From: a bacterium
GTDB lineage: Bacteria > Bdellovibrionota_C > UBA2361 > CALJRW01
DNA length: 64,000 bases
NCBI GenBank assembly: GCA_031385045.1
Contig: JANNBC010000024.1
Coordinates: 64,001 to 128,000 of the forward strand
Direction of reading: 5' to 3'
A program made the position numbers and the translations under genes. Numbering within the stretch: position 1 is the first letter of the stretch; each line of letters begins with the position of its first letter. Shown here piece by piece: positions 1 to 9,526 of the stretch. The notes under the pieces were generated by a model. That model saw only the letters and a list, made by a program, of their open reading frames with translations. It was not told where the DNA came from and searched no databases.

Positions 1-56
1 ATAAAAATGAAGATAACAGTAATAAATTTGGCTAACCAAAGAAGATAGGATTTCAT
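1..56 (-). CDS. 5' end of a gene running off the left edge (MKSYLLWLAKFITVILIF..., hydrophobic N-terminus)
   Basis: ATG at 56-54 just downstream of the hemJ stop; frame open to the window edge. Confidence 0.45.
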   Translation of the reverse strand, partial: MKSYLLWLAKFITVIFIF

Positions 57-62
57 ATTTGT

Positions 63-467
63 TTACTTATTAATAACAGTTAAAAAGACAATTAAGAACA
101 TGCAAATACCAGCTATGCCATGAATAACCATCGGAAGTTTAGAATTTGCCTGGGGGCTTTTTACTACCTTGATCATTAAGATACTAGCTACAAAAAGAAT
201 AATTGCTAGGGTTAACTTTCCATGAAACCAGCCTTGGGTCATGTAATAGCCCATACCCTTACTCATTAATTGATAGGTTCCAGTAAGTACAGTTATAACT
301 AACCCCGGTAACATCCAACCAAAAACAATTTTTTTAGACCAAGCTGAGATACTCGCTAGTTGATTATTCTTTGCAGACAAAGCTATGATACGAGAAGAAA
401 TCAAGAGACTTCCTGTCCACATTATAAACCCTATAATATGAAGGGCAATCGAAATTTTTAAATCCAT
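63..467 (-). CDS. hemJ: HemJ/UPF0093 (CopD-like) membrane protein, probable protoporphyrinogen IX oxidase
   Basis: ALHII..W, four hydrophobic segments, GWFHGKLTL motif. Confidence 0.7.
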   Translation of the reverse strand: MDLKISIALHIIGFIMWTGSLLISSRIIALSAKNNQLASISAWSKKIVFGWMLPGLVITVLTGTYQLMSKGMGYYMTQGWFHGKLTLAIILFVASILMIKVVKSPQANSKLPMVIHGIAGICMFLIVFLTVINK

Positions 468-504
468 AAAGTTAATTTGCTAATAAATTTAGGCTGACAG
501 TATC

Positions 505-795
505 ATGAGAGATAAGATAATTGAAGAGTTAAAAAAAATTGAAGATCCCGATGTTTTTTTGGATATTTGGTTCTTGGGACTAATCTACGAGATTGAGTAT
601 GATGAAAAAGAACAGTCGGCTAAGATTACGATGACTTTTACTACTCCGCTTTGCCCATCGGGGCCTGATTTGGTGCAGCAAGTAAATGATCGCTTATTGG
701 ATTTAGATGGGATTTCCCAAGTGGAAGTGATTGTTACTTTTGATCCAGCTTGGCAGGCTAATGAAGAAGTTAAAGCGCTTTTGGGGTTAATTTAA
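505..795 (+). CDS. DUF59/SufT-like metal-sulfur cluster assembly factor
   Basis: DP...DI..LGLIY, MTFTTPLCP, FDPAW motifs. Confidence 0.85.
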   Translation: MRDKIIEELKKIEDPDVFLDIWFLGLIYEIEYDEKEQSAKITMTFTTPLCPSGPDLVQQVNDRLLDLDGISQVEVIVTFDPAWQANEEVKALLGLI

Positions 796-964
796 AGTCT
801 CCCTGTTTTTTATTCGCTTCGCGAATAAGTTTTTGATACTTGGGACATTGATTTCATGGGCAATCCGCTGTCGCCAGACGATATTGGGAATCTGGGAGAT
901 TTTGTGGGGCTTTGGCGTGATAAAGTCTCCCTGTTTTTTATTCGCTTCGCGAATAAGTTTTTGA
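793..964. repeat. Perfect 44-bp direct repeat (793-836, 921-964) with internal palindrome TTATTCGC-TTC-GCGAATAA; 84-bp spacer
   Basis: Both copies read taaagtctccctgttttttattcgcttcgcgaataagtttttga. Confidence 0.95.
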
Positions 965-1004
965 AGACTTTACTTTACTAATAATTAAAATCTTGGTAGT
1001 TTTC

Positions 1005-1131
1005 TGACTGTATCAAGAGGGTGTGTTTCTGCATTGCACGTCCAGCAACCTTTATAATTTAAAGGTGCTCGCAGTAAGTCCTTCGTTGCTAAAAAGTTTC
1101 GGCAATTGGAGTTAGGATATTGATACGGTCA
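1005..1131 (+). promoter_or_regulatory. SAM-I-family riboswitch aptamer (variant)
   Basis: P1 tgactgtatca/tgatacggtca; conserved ATCAAGAG, CCAGCAACC and AAGGTGCT blocks; ctgc/gcag pseudoknot; upstream of a MetX-like gene. Confidence 0.8.
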
Positions 1132-1254
1132 TCACGACAAAAATTAGGATCAAGCTCACACTTCTCCTAAATAATTCGTATACCGGAAAACAATATATTA
1201 CTCATTAAAGTAAGGCTTTAAAGCTTGATACAGGTATTTTGTTTTTATACTTGT

Positions 1255-2508
1255 ATGTCTGCCTCATCTGCCGCACCTAAGCTATTTGAACCAATAACGC
1301 CGAGAGCAACTTCTGGGATTGGGCTTGCTGTTTTTAATCCAAAAGATTCACTTCTTACCTCTGGACGCGAGCAATCGTTTGTTGACGATCAGCTAGTTTT
1401 AAGATGTGGTGAGACTGTAGCAGCAGAGCTTAGTTATCGACTTTTTCATAATAACCAAGGCAATCCTTGGGAAAAGCCAATTGTCATTGTGCACAAAGCT
1501 TTGACTGGAAGTACTAATGCCTTTACTGAGGGATCTGCTTCGCAAGGGGATGGCTGGGGTAATTTCATGAAAGATTTACCTAAATTTAATTTAGATAAAT
1601 ATACAATTTTAGTTGTTGAACCTCTGGGTGGTAATTCTCAAGGATTAAGTCCTCAACACAATTGTTCTGGGCGTGATTTTTTCATGAATCATGGAGAGAT
1701 TGCCCTTTCTAGTTATGACACAGTTACGCTTTTAACTAAATTGCTTAAGACGGAAGGTGTTGATGAGGTTGATAATATTACCTGTTTTTCAATGGGTGGT
1801 ATCACATTGCCAGCTTGGCTCACACAGACTGAAATTAAAATCAGAGAAATTCATAATCATTTTACAAATTACCAGATCAATGATGTTACCAGAGAGTATT
1901 GGCAGATCCAATTAGATCTTTTGGCTCGGCCTGGAGTAACTCCTGATTTTACTCAAATTGCTTCAGGCTTAGAGAAAAATCTGGATGTGGATTGTACTTG
2001 TATTGAGAATAGTACTTTTAATGCCTGTATCTATTATCTTAAAGGTAAGATTGAACAATTAGAAAAGGTACATCAGACTGAGGATTATGACGATTATTTG
2101 AATGAAGCATTAAAAGTTGTCCGTGCCGTTTCCTTTCTTAGATTTCAGACCCCTGAAAACTATGATGTTCGAACGATGGGTAGTTCTATAGATTTTTTAA
2201 TGAATCAAGCCGAAGCTTTTCCTGCTCGGATGGATCCTTACAGTTATGTTTCTTTACTAAAGCAAATGTTAGATAACTCATTTCCTTCTCCTGAGGAACT
2301 TAAGCTAGCTAAAGATCCAGATACAAAAATTACTTACATCTTACCAGAATATGAAATGATCTTTCCAGATCCCTACGCCTGTCCAGAGACCAAGTTGGCC
2401 GATAAGCTTCATGTAATTCTTCGAAGTCAGACTGAGGATTGGGGGCATGACTTTTTCTTATCAGACTTATATTCTCAGGTTTTTCGTGCTATGACTGGGT
2501 CTAGGTAA
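1255..2508 (+). CDS. Divergent homoserine O-acyltransferase (MetX)-like alpha/beta hydrolase
   Basis: HKALTG (cf. HALTG), GDGW, FSMGG nucleophile elbow, WGHDFFL (cf. GHDAFL); ATG 1255 preferred over TTG 1225. Confidence 0.65.
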   Translation: MSASSAAPKLFEPITPRATSGIGLAVFNPKDSLLTSGREQSFVDDQLVLRCGETVAAELSYRLFHNNQGNPWEKPIVIVHKALTGSTNAFTEGSASQGDGWGNFMKDLPKFNLDKYTILVVEPLGGNSQGLSPQHNCSGRDFFMNHGEIALSSYDTVTLLTKLLKTEGVDEVDNITCFSMGGITLPAWLTQTEIKIREIHNHFTNYQINDVTREYWQIQLDLLARPGVTPDFTQIASGLEKNLDVDCTCIENSTFNACIYYLKGKIEQLEKVHQTEDYDDYLNEALKVVRAVSFLRFQTPENYDVRTMGSSIDFLMNQAEAFPARMDPYSYVSLLKQMLDNSFPSPEELKLAKDPDTKITYILPEYEMIFPDPYACPETKLADKLHVILRSQTEDWGHDFFLSDLYSQVFRAMTGSR

Positions 2509-2567
2509 TATTCGATCTGTTACTTTTGTGATCTTTCATGAATCGAGTTATGCTATTATAATCATCG

Positions 2568-2757
2568 CTTTTCATTTTTGATAAAAAATGAAAAGAAAGG
2601 TGAGCGAGCAAAAACCTGTCAAAGACAGGTTTTGCCGTAGAAAACAACACCAAACCCTATGCAAATCAGCGGTGAGTATTGGTTTTGTCTTCTACGGTGT
2701 AACTTGGCTAACGCCAAGATTGCGTTTGCCCTCCGCAAATTTCATCTGCGGAGGGTT
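2568..2757. other. Cluster of five adjacent hairpins (structured RNA or MITE/REP-like element); the last is terminator-like
   Basis: Stems at 2568-2595, 2611-2633, 2634-2698, 2703-2718 and 2729-2755. Confidence 0.7.
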
Positions 2758-2818
2758 TAAATAGCCAAAATAATCCATCCGCTAGTCTATGTACTTAACT
2801 ATTTATAAATAATCACAA

Positions 2819-3472
2819 TTGGATACCTCCCTAACTTTTTTAGCAATTCTGGAAAAAGCTTTAATTTTTATTCCGCCACTTTTAGTTGCTATGGTGCTTC
2901 ATGAAATAGCCCACGCCTATGTTGCTTATCGCCTGGGAGATCCTACAGCTAAAAACTTAAATCGGCTTAATCTTAATCCGCTAGTTCACATTGATCCAAT
3001 TTGGACTGTTTTGGTTCCGGGATTATTAATTTTTAGTGGTTCACCAATTGTTTTTGGATCCGCTAAGCCGGTACCAGTTGATCCAAGATATTTTAAAGAT
3101 CCGCGAAGAGGAATGATGTGGGTTGCTATTGCAGGACCAATAATTAATTTTATAATTGCTGGAATATCCTTTATCCTTTTTAAACTATTAATAATTTTTG
3201 TTTCACAAGAATTCTATTTTGCAGAATTGTTTTATTCCTGGTTAGCATACAGTGTCCTAATGAACTTAGTACTTGGACTATTTAATTTATTACCAATTCC
3301 ACCGTTAGATGGGGGCAGGATTATGGTGGGGATTTTACCACTGAAATTAGCGATTAAATATTCTCGAATTGAGCGATTTGGATTTATAATTGTTATCGCC
3401 ATGATTTATTTCAAGGTACCTCAGCTTTACTTAGCTCCAATACTTGATTGGGTACTCGGGCAATTGCATTGA
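2819..3472 (+). CDS. Site-2 protease (peptidase M50) family
   Basis: HEIAH, GDPTAK, AGP, NLLPIPPLDGG. Confidence 0.92.
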   Translation: MDTSLTFLAILEKALIFIPPLLVAMVLHEIAHAYVAYRLGDPTAKNLNRLNLNPLVHIDPIWTVLVPGLLIFSGSPIVFGSAKPVPVDPRYFKDPRRGMMWVAIAGPIINFIIAGISFILFKLLIIFVSQEFYFAELFYSWLAYSVLMNLVLGLFNLLPIPPLDGGRIMVGILPLKLAIKYSRIERFGFIIVIAMIYFKVPQLYLAPILDWVLGQLH

Positions 3473-3572
3473 AATCGCTTAAATTCGAATATTTTTTAGC
3501 ATATCCCGTCTGATTATTAGTGTTTTTAAGTAAAACTAATGTTTTTACAGCTTGTCACCGATAGTTTTAATA

Positions 3573-4001
3573 ATGAAGAGATTGTCTAAGCTTTCAGACA
3601 TATTGCAGATTCTGTTTATCGGGTTATTATTACTTACTGCCACAGTTAATTGTTGTCCAAATGAGCACTCACAAGCAGCCAAACAGGCTTCTGGGGAACA
3701 TGATTGTTGTAGAAAAGATAATTCTAAAAATAAAAAACATTCAGACCATCAAAACTGCATAGACTGTCAGCATGGAATTAAAATTGTTGAGTCAGGAAAG
3801 TTAGATTTAGCAAAATTAATCCTCAGTCAAACTAATGTGTCTAACTTTTTATTAGTTAGCTCTGATCTTAATGCCGTAAATTATCATTTCCAGACAGAGC
3901 GTCGGTCTGATAATTTCTCCAATGCTCCCAATCCTCTTTTTGCATCTAAGCTAATTAGCCCACTTGCCCTATCACCAAACGCACCGCCACTCCAAGCTTA
4001 A
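3573..4001 (+). CDS. Secreted Cys/His-rich small protein ending in NAPP (DUF2946-like candidate leader peptide)
   Basis: Hydrophobic N-terminus, CC..H, HDCC, CIDC, C-terminal SPNAPPLQA; ATG 3573 in frame with the track ORF at 3552. Confidence 0.55.
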   Translation: MKRLSKLSDILQILFIGLLLLTATVNCCPNEHSQAAKQASGEHDCCRKDNSKNKKHSDHQNCIDCQHGIKIVESGKLDLAKLILSQTNVSNFLLVSSDLNAVNYHFQTERRSDNFSNAPNPLFASKLISPLALSPNAPPLQA

Positions 4002-4087
4002 TTTTTTGCACCGTCTCTTAGACTACATAAAATTTTGTAATTGTTCAGGCAATTGCTAATCAGAATAATTACTTTCAGTGAATAACG

Positions 4088-4717
4088 ATGAAGTGGCTTT
4101 GTATATTTCTATCAATCATAGTTTTCTTTAATAGCTCTTGGGCACATCCTGTAAGTTACAAGGATGCTTATGGAATTATGCCTACGATTATGGCCAATCG
4201 TCAGGAATTAGAACTAAATTATTCCTTTAGTAATAATCAGGCTTTTGGAGTTTCGGCAATCAAGATTGAAGGAAAAGATTCGGAGTATCAATTTCTTATC
4301 CCCCGATATAATCAGCGAATTTTCAGACGCAATCAATTAGATTCACAGCTTAATTTATATCTGACTGCTGGGCTGGGAGTAGTGGATGAAAATGATTCTA
4401 GCAATCCCGCCTTGCTCACTGGACTACAATTTGATTATGAAACCCGCCGAATTTACACCTTATTTTTAACGGAACATTTAGAAAATAATGGAGGCAGAGA
4501 TTTTTGGAGCTCGCGTTATCGTCTTGGAGTCGCGCCATATTTAGCTGACTTTGAAGGTTTGCATACTTGGTTAATTGCGCAAGCTGATTATAACCCAGCA
4601 ACTATGAATGGCGTGATGTTTTCACCCGTAGTTAGATTTTTTTATAAAAATTATTTGCTGGAAGTAGGTAGTAGTTTAAATGGTCAATTATTTATGGCGG
4701 GAATTTTTCATTTTTAA
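4088..4717 (+). CDS. Exported, probable outer-membrane beta-strand protein of a metal module
   Basis: Signal peptide with AH|P-type cleavage region, amphipathic strands, C-terminal Phe. Confidence 0.55.
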   Translation: MKWLCIFLSIIVFFNSSWAHPVSYKDAYGIMPTIMANRQELELNYSFSNNQAFGVSAIKIEGKDSEYQFLIPRYNQRIFRRNQLDSQLNLYLTAGLGVVDENDSSNPALLTGLQFDYETRRIYTLFLTEHLENNGGRDFWSSRYRLGVAPYLADFEGLHTWLIAQADYNPATMNGVMFSPVVRFFYKNYLLEVGSSLNGQLFMAGIFHF

Positions 4718-4730
4718 TCTGGAGAAATAT

Positions 4731-5024
4731 ATGAAGACTTTATTAATAATCTTAATCCTTATTATGCCTCAGGTACTAATTGCCGAAGAAATTAAGGTAA
4801 CTGTAAGTGGAATGGTTTGTTCTTTCTGTGCCCAAGGTATCAAAAAGAACTTAATGAAAGTGCCAGGAGTTAAAGAGGTTATTCCAAACTTAGCAGATAA
4901 GACAGTCTTAATTTATACAGATGAAGCTGTAACAGTTACAGATCCTCAAATTGCTACTGTAATTAATGATGCTGGCTATGGTATTTTAGAAACATCAAGG
5001 AGTTCTAATGAAAAAGTTAATTAA
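4731..5024 (+). CDS. Periplasmic heavy-metal-associated (HMA, MerP/CopZ-like) protein
   Basis: Signal peptide, GMVCSFC, DAGY; GGAG RBS before ATG 4731. Confidence 0.85.
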   Translation: MKTLLIILILIMPQVLIAEEIKVTVSGMVCSFCAQGIKKNLMKVPGVKEVIPNLADKTVLIYTDEAVTVTDPQIATVINDAGYGILETSRSSNEKVN

Positions 5025-5370
5025 TTTTCTAACCCTCTTCGGATCGTTGGGTACTTTAATTTGCTGTGCACTACCCGCACTCTTAGTGAGTTTAGGGTTG
5101 GGAGCAACTGTAGTTTCAGCAACGAGTAACTTTCCACAGTTAATTTGGATTTCTGAAAATAAACTTTTAGTATTTATTTTTGCTGGAGTAATGTTGGCAC
5201 TTGCAACATTTGGGTATTATTCAGGACAAAAAATGAGTTGTCCAATTGATGCTGACTTGGCAGAGGCTTGTCGCTCAAGTAAATCTTTTTCCAAATATAT
5301 CTTAATACTATCGGCAATTTTGTACTTAATTGGATTTAGCTTTGCGTTTATTTTGCCATACTTTTTCTGA
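5008..5370 (+). CDS. MerT/MerC-like heavy-metal transporter
   Basis: CCALP in TM1, cytoplasmic CP...C pair, three TM segments. Confidence 0.75.
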   Translation: MKKLINFLTLFGSLGTLICCALPALLVSLGLGATVVSATSNFPQLIWISENKLLVFIFAGVMLALATFGYYSGQKMSCPIDADLAEACRSSKSFSKYILILSAILYLIGFSFAFILPYFF

Positions 5371-5519
5371 AGTTTGTAATACTAAACTCTTATTTTAAGT
5401 AGAAAGGAAGTCTAAATTATGTATCAACTTTAGGATGTCCCTGTAAATCTTCTCAAAACAGACAATTTTTGTGGCAGATTGAATCAACTTATTGATTTTT
5501 AAGTAAAAATTGCTAAACT

Positions 5520-7214
5520 GTGGGGATGTCTAAAATCTCTGGGTCACACGCCCTTATTAAATCGTTATTAGCGGAAAATGTTAAAACAATTTTTGGCTAT
5601 CCTGGTGGTGCGATCATGCCAATTTATGATGCCCTGTATGATTATCAAGATCAGATTAGACATATCTTAGTTCGTCATGAACAAGGTGCGGCGCACGCCG
5701 CTGAAGGATTTGCGCGAATTACTGGAACACCGGGTGTTTGCTTTGCAACCTCTGGTCCAGGAGCCACTAACTTAGTAACGGGAATTGCTGATGCCATGAT
5801 GGACTCCGTTCCAATAGTTTGTATTACTGGACAAGTTGCTAGTAGTGCCTTAGGCACTGATGCTTTTCAGGAAACGGATGTTATCGGCATTACTATTCCA
5901 ATTACTAAATGGAATTATCAAGTTAGTCGGGCTGCTGAAATTCCTGATATTATTGCCAAAGCTTTTTATATTGCTGGCACGGGACGACCAGGGCCTGTGT
6001 TAATCGATATTACGAAGGACGCTCAATTTGAAATGATTGAAAACTTTTCCTATAAAAAAATGGAAAAGCATCCTACTTATTTTTTGCCACCAAGTCCGAC
6101 GCCAGAGAAATTATCTGCGGCTGTTGATTTGATTAATCGGGCTGAGCGCCCTTTAATTTTAGCTGGGCATGGAATATTGATTTCTAAAGCAGAGAAAGCC
6201 TTAGTTGAATTTGCCGAGAAGTCGGGCATTCCAGTTGCTTGTACATTACATGGCCTATCTTCCTTTCCAACAGGTCATGCCAATTATGTTGGCATGTTAG
6301 GAATGCATGGAAACTATGGACCAAATTATTTATGCAATGAAGCCGATGTCGTAATTGCTGTAGGGATGCGTTTTGATGACCGAGTTACTGGTAAGGTAGA
6401 TTCTTATTTGCCTAATTCTAAGATTATCCACATTGAAATTGATATTGCTGAGATTGATAAGGTTAAAAAGGCCGAAGTAGCAATTTGCGCGGATGCTAAA
6501 GAAGTCTTGGTCGCTTTGAATAGTTTAATCCAAAAGAAATCTTATCCGATCTGGATGGAAAAATTTAAAGCCTGTTATCAAGAAGAGTATCAAGTAGTGA
6601 TTGGAGAGGCCATCAATTATAATGGTTCAAAGCCAAGGATGATCCAAACAATCCACATGCTATCGGAGAAAACTGAAGGTAAGGCAGTGATTGTTGGCGA
6701 TGTCGGTCAGCATCAAATGATGGCGGCCAGATATTATCAATATCAATTACCTGATAGTTGGATTACCTCTGGCGGATTGGGAACAATGGGCTTTGCTTTG
6801 CCTGCAGCGATGGGTGCAAAGGTTGCTACCGATCGGGAAGTAATTGCAATTATTGGAGATGGTTGTTTTCAAATGACGATTCAAGAGTTAGCTACTCTGG
6901 TGCAAGATAATATTGCAGTCAAAGTTATTGTCCTTAATAACAATTTCCTTGGAATGGTTCGTCAGTGGCAAGAATTGTTCTTTGAAAAAAGATATTCTTT
7001 TGTGGAATTAAAAAATCCAGATTTTGTAATGGTGGCGCAAGGAATGGGTGTTACTGCGAGTCGTGTAACAGATAGTTCAGAATTATCAGCTGCAATTGAT
7101 GTTATGCTAGCGCATCAGGGGCCATACGTTCTAGAAGTTAAGGTTGAACGGGAAGATAATGTTTTTCCAATGGTACCAGCAGGACAAGGTGTTCGTGATA
7201 TCCGTTTAAAATAA
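5520..7214 (+). CDS. ilvB: Acetolactate synthase large subunit
   Basis: FGYPGGAI, RHEQGA, SGGLGTMG, GDG..NN TPP motif. Confidence 0.96.
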   Translation: MGMSKISGSHALIKSLLAENVKTIFGYPGGAIMPIYDALYDYQDQIRHILVRHEQGAAHAAEGFARITGTPGVCFATSGPGATNLVTGIADAMMDSVPIVCITGQVASSALGTDAFQETDVIGITIPITKWNYQVSRAAEIPDIIAKAFYIAGTGRPGPVLIDITKDAQFEMIENFSYKKMEKHPTYFLPPSPTPEKLSAAVDLINRAERPLILAGHGILISKAEKALVEFAEKSGIPVACTLHGLSSFPTGHANYVGMLGMHGNYGPNYLCNEADVVIAVGMRFDDRVTGKVDSYLPNSKIIHIEIDIAEIDKVKKAEVAICADAKEVLVALNSLIQKKSYPIWMEKFKACYQEEYQVVIGEAINYNGSKPRMIQTIHMLSEKTEGKAVIVGDVGQHQMMAARYYQYQLPDSWITSGGLGTMGFALPAAMGAKVATDREVIAIIGDGCFQMTIQELATLVQDNIAVKVIVLNNNFLGMVRQWQELFFEKRYSFVELKNPDFVMVAQGMGVTASRVTDSSELSAAIDVMLAHQGPYVLEVKVEREDNVFPMVPAGQGVRDIRLK

Positions 7215-7224
7215 GGTTTACGTT

Positions 7225-7743
7225 ATGATGGAAAATACTCAAGATCGTTTATTTACTATTTCTGCTTACACAGAAAATAGTCCTGGGATTCTACAAAGGA
7301 TTGCCACCTCTTTTACTAAACGAAAGATTAATATTGAGACTTTGACCGTTTCAGAAACTTCGCAATCGGGATTATCTTTGTTTACAATCACAGCCTATAT
7401 CGATCCAAAAATTGTTCCAACGATCGTTAAGCAAATTGAACGAATTATTGAAGTGCGCAAAGCCTTTGCTTGCGATGATGATAACTTAATTTTTGTTGAG
7501 GTTGCTTTAATTCGAGTAACTAGAAAGTCTGCGGAGGATTTAGCTAAAGTAGAAGTAATAGCAAAGGCTCATGATGCCCAAGTTGTTTATAGTGATGAAG
7601 AGACAATTGTTGTTGAGACTTACGGTAAAGAGGCAGATACAAAAGCAATTTATAAAGAACTTCAGCAATTTGAAGTATTACAATTCGTACGCAGTGGTCG
7701 TATCGCCCTCCGTAAAAAATATCAAAGTATTTATACCAATTAA
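7225..7743 (+). CDS. ilvN: Acetolactate synthase small (regulatory) subunit
   Basis: [20 protein letters not shown] domain, VRSG; follows ilvB. Confidence 0.92.
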   Translation: MMENTQDRLFTISAYTENSPGILQRIATSFTKRKINIETLTVSETSQSGLSLFTITAYIDPKIVPTIVKQIERIIEVRKAFACDDDNLIFVEVALIRVTRKSAEDLAKVEVIAKAHDAQVVYSDEETIVVETYGKEADTKAIYKELQQFEVLQFVRSGRIALRKKYQSIYTN

Positions 7744-7796
7744 AAATCTTTCTTCGATTAGCAAATTTCAATCGATCCAATTTTAAAATTATTATT

Positions 7797-9473
7797 ATGA
7801 AATTAAATAAATATTCTTCTCGTTTAACAGCCGTCAAATCACAAGGTGCTTCCCAAGCAATGCTGTTGGGCACTGGTTTATCATTAACAGATTTAGAGAA
7901 AGCTCAAGTTGGCATTGCCTCTGTTTGGTATGAAGGGAATACTTGTAATATGCACCTGAATGATCTTGCGATAGAAGTTAAAAAAGGAGTTGTGGAGGCT
8001 GACTTAGTTGGCATGCGTTTTAACACGATTGGTGTAAGCGATGGAATTTCTATGGGTACAGATGGGATGAGTTTTTCCTTGCAATCAAGAGATTTAATTG
8101 CCGATTCGATTGAAACAGTAATGTCAGCTCAGTGGTATGATGGACTGATTACTATACCTGGCTGCGATAAAAATATGCCGGGATGTTTAATGGCCATGGC
8201 TCGTTTAGATCGACCATCGATTATGGTTTACGGTGGAACAATTAAAGCTGGTTGTACTGCTAAACACGAAAAGCTAGATGTAGTTTCAGCCTTTCAAAGT
8301 TACGGAGAATTGCTTGCTGGAAAAATTGATGAGCAAGAGCGCAATGATATTCTTAGATCTTCTTGCCCTGGTGCTGGAGCTTGTGGTGGAATGTATACGG
8401 CCAATACCATGTCGAGCGCGATCGAAGCTTTAGGAATGAGCTTGCCATATAGCTCAAGTACTCCAGCAGCAACTGAGCAAAAAATACAAGAATGTATTAC
8501 CGCTGGAAAACAAATTCGTAAATTATTAGAATTAGATCTTAAACCATCCCAGATTATGACTCGCCAAGCGTTTGAAAATGCGATGGTGGTAATTATGGCA
8601 ACTGGTGGTTCTACCAATGCTGTCTTACATCTTGTTGCTATGGCCAAGGCGATTGGTGTTAATTTAACGATTGATGATTTTCAAAAAGTTAGTGATCGTG
8701 TTCCATTTATAGCTGACTTAAAGCCAAGTGGTAAATATGTAATGGAAGATTTACATGCTGTTGGTGGAATTCCTGCAGTAATGAAGCTGTTATTAGAAGC
8801 AGGTTTGATTGATGGTAGTTGCTTAACTGTTACTGGGAAAACAATTGCTGAGAATTTAGCAGAATTACCAGGATTAACGCCTGGGCAAAAAATAATTGTA
8901 CCAATTAAAGAGCCAATTCAAGCCAAAGGTCATTTAAAAATCTTAAAAGGCAACTTGGCTCCGGAAGGTTCTGTTGCCAAAATTACAGGTAAAGAAGGAG
9001 AATATTTTCAAGGGCCTGCCAAGGTTTATTATCAAGAAGAAGCTATGCTTAAAGCTTTAGAAGATAAGAAAATTCAGAAAGGGGATGTAATTGTAATTCG
9101 TTATGAAGGTCCTAAGGGAGGGCCAGGTATGCCTGAAATGCTTACTCCGACATCAGCGGTGATGGGTGCCGGTCTGGGAAATGATGTTGCTCTAATTACT
9201 GATGGTAGATTCTCTGGTGGTTCGCACGGCTTTATTATTGGACATGTCTGTCCTGAAGCGCAAGAAGGTGGACCAATTGCACTAGTTGAAGAAGGTGATT
9301 TAATTACAATCGATGCTAGAAATTTAACAATCTCTGTTGATTTATCAGATGATGAATTAGTTAAGCGACGTGCCAAGTGGGTGATGCCCCCATATCTTGC
9401 GACGAAAGGAACACTTTATAAGTATATTAAGACTGTTAAGTCAGCTAGCGAAGGTTGTGTAACTGATCAGTAA
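7797..9473 (+). CDS. ilvD: Dihydroxy-acid dehydratase
   Basis: [31 protein letters not shown]. Confidence 0.97.
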   Translation: MKLNKYSSRLTAVKSQGASQAMLLGTGLSLTDLEKAQVGIASVWYEGNTCNMHLNDLAIEVKKGVVEADLVGMRFNTIGVSDGISMGTDGMSFSLQSRDLIADSIETVMSAQWYDGLITIPGCDKNMPGCLMAMARLDRPSIMVYGGTIKAGCTAKHEKLDVVSAFQSYGELLAGKIDEQERNDILRSSCPGAGACGGMYTANTMSSAIEALGMSLPYSSSTPAATEQKIQECITAGKQIRKLLELDLKPSQIMTRQAFENAMVVIMATGGSTNAVLHLVAMAKAIGVNLTIDDFQKVSDRVPFIADLKPSGKYVMEDLHAVGGIPAVMKLLLEAGLIDGSCLTVTGKTIAENLAELPGLTPGQKIIVPIKEPIQAKGHLKILKGNLAPEGSVAKITGKEGEYFQGPAKVYYQEEAMLKALEDKKIQKGDVIVIRYEGPKGGPGMPEMLTPTSAVMGAGLGNDVALITDGRFSGGSHGFIIGHVCPEAQEGGPIALVEEGDLITIDARNLTISVDLSDDELVKRRAKWVMPPYLATKGTLYKYIKTVKSASEGCVTDQ

Positions 9474-9526
9474 GGTTTGTTAATTGTGTCGTCTAAAGAA
9501 ATTGTAAATTTAATTTTATAATTTTC

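Noticed and set aside
793..964. Minimal CRISPR array
   Set aside because: Only two repeats, an 84-bp spacer far longer than CRISPR spacers, and no cas genes in the window
2600..2720. c-di-GMP-I riboswitch suggested by GCAAA motifs
   Set aside because: The GNRA tetraloop/receptor and P1-P2 arrangement could not be matched
5371..5519. Attenuator leader peptide for ilvBN-ilvD
   Set aside because: No Ile/Leu/Val-rich short ORF or terminator/antiterminator pair seen
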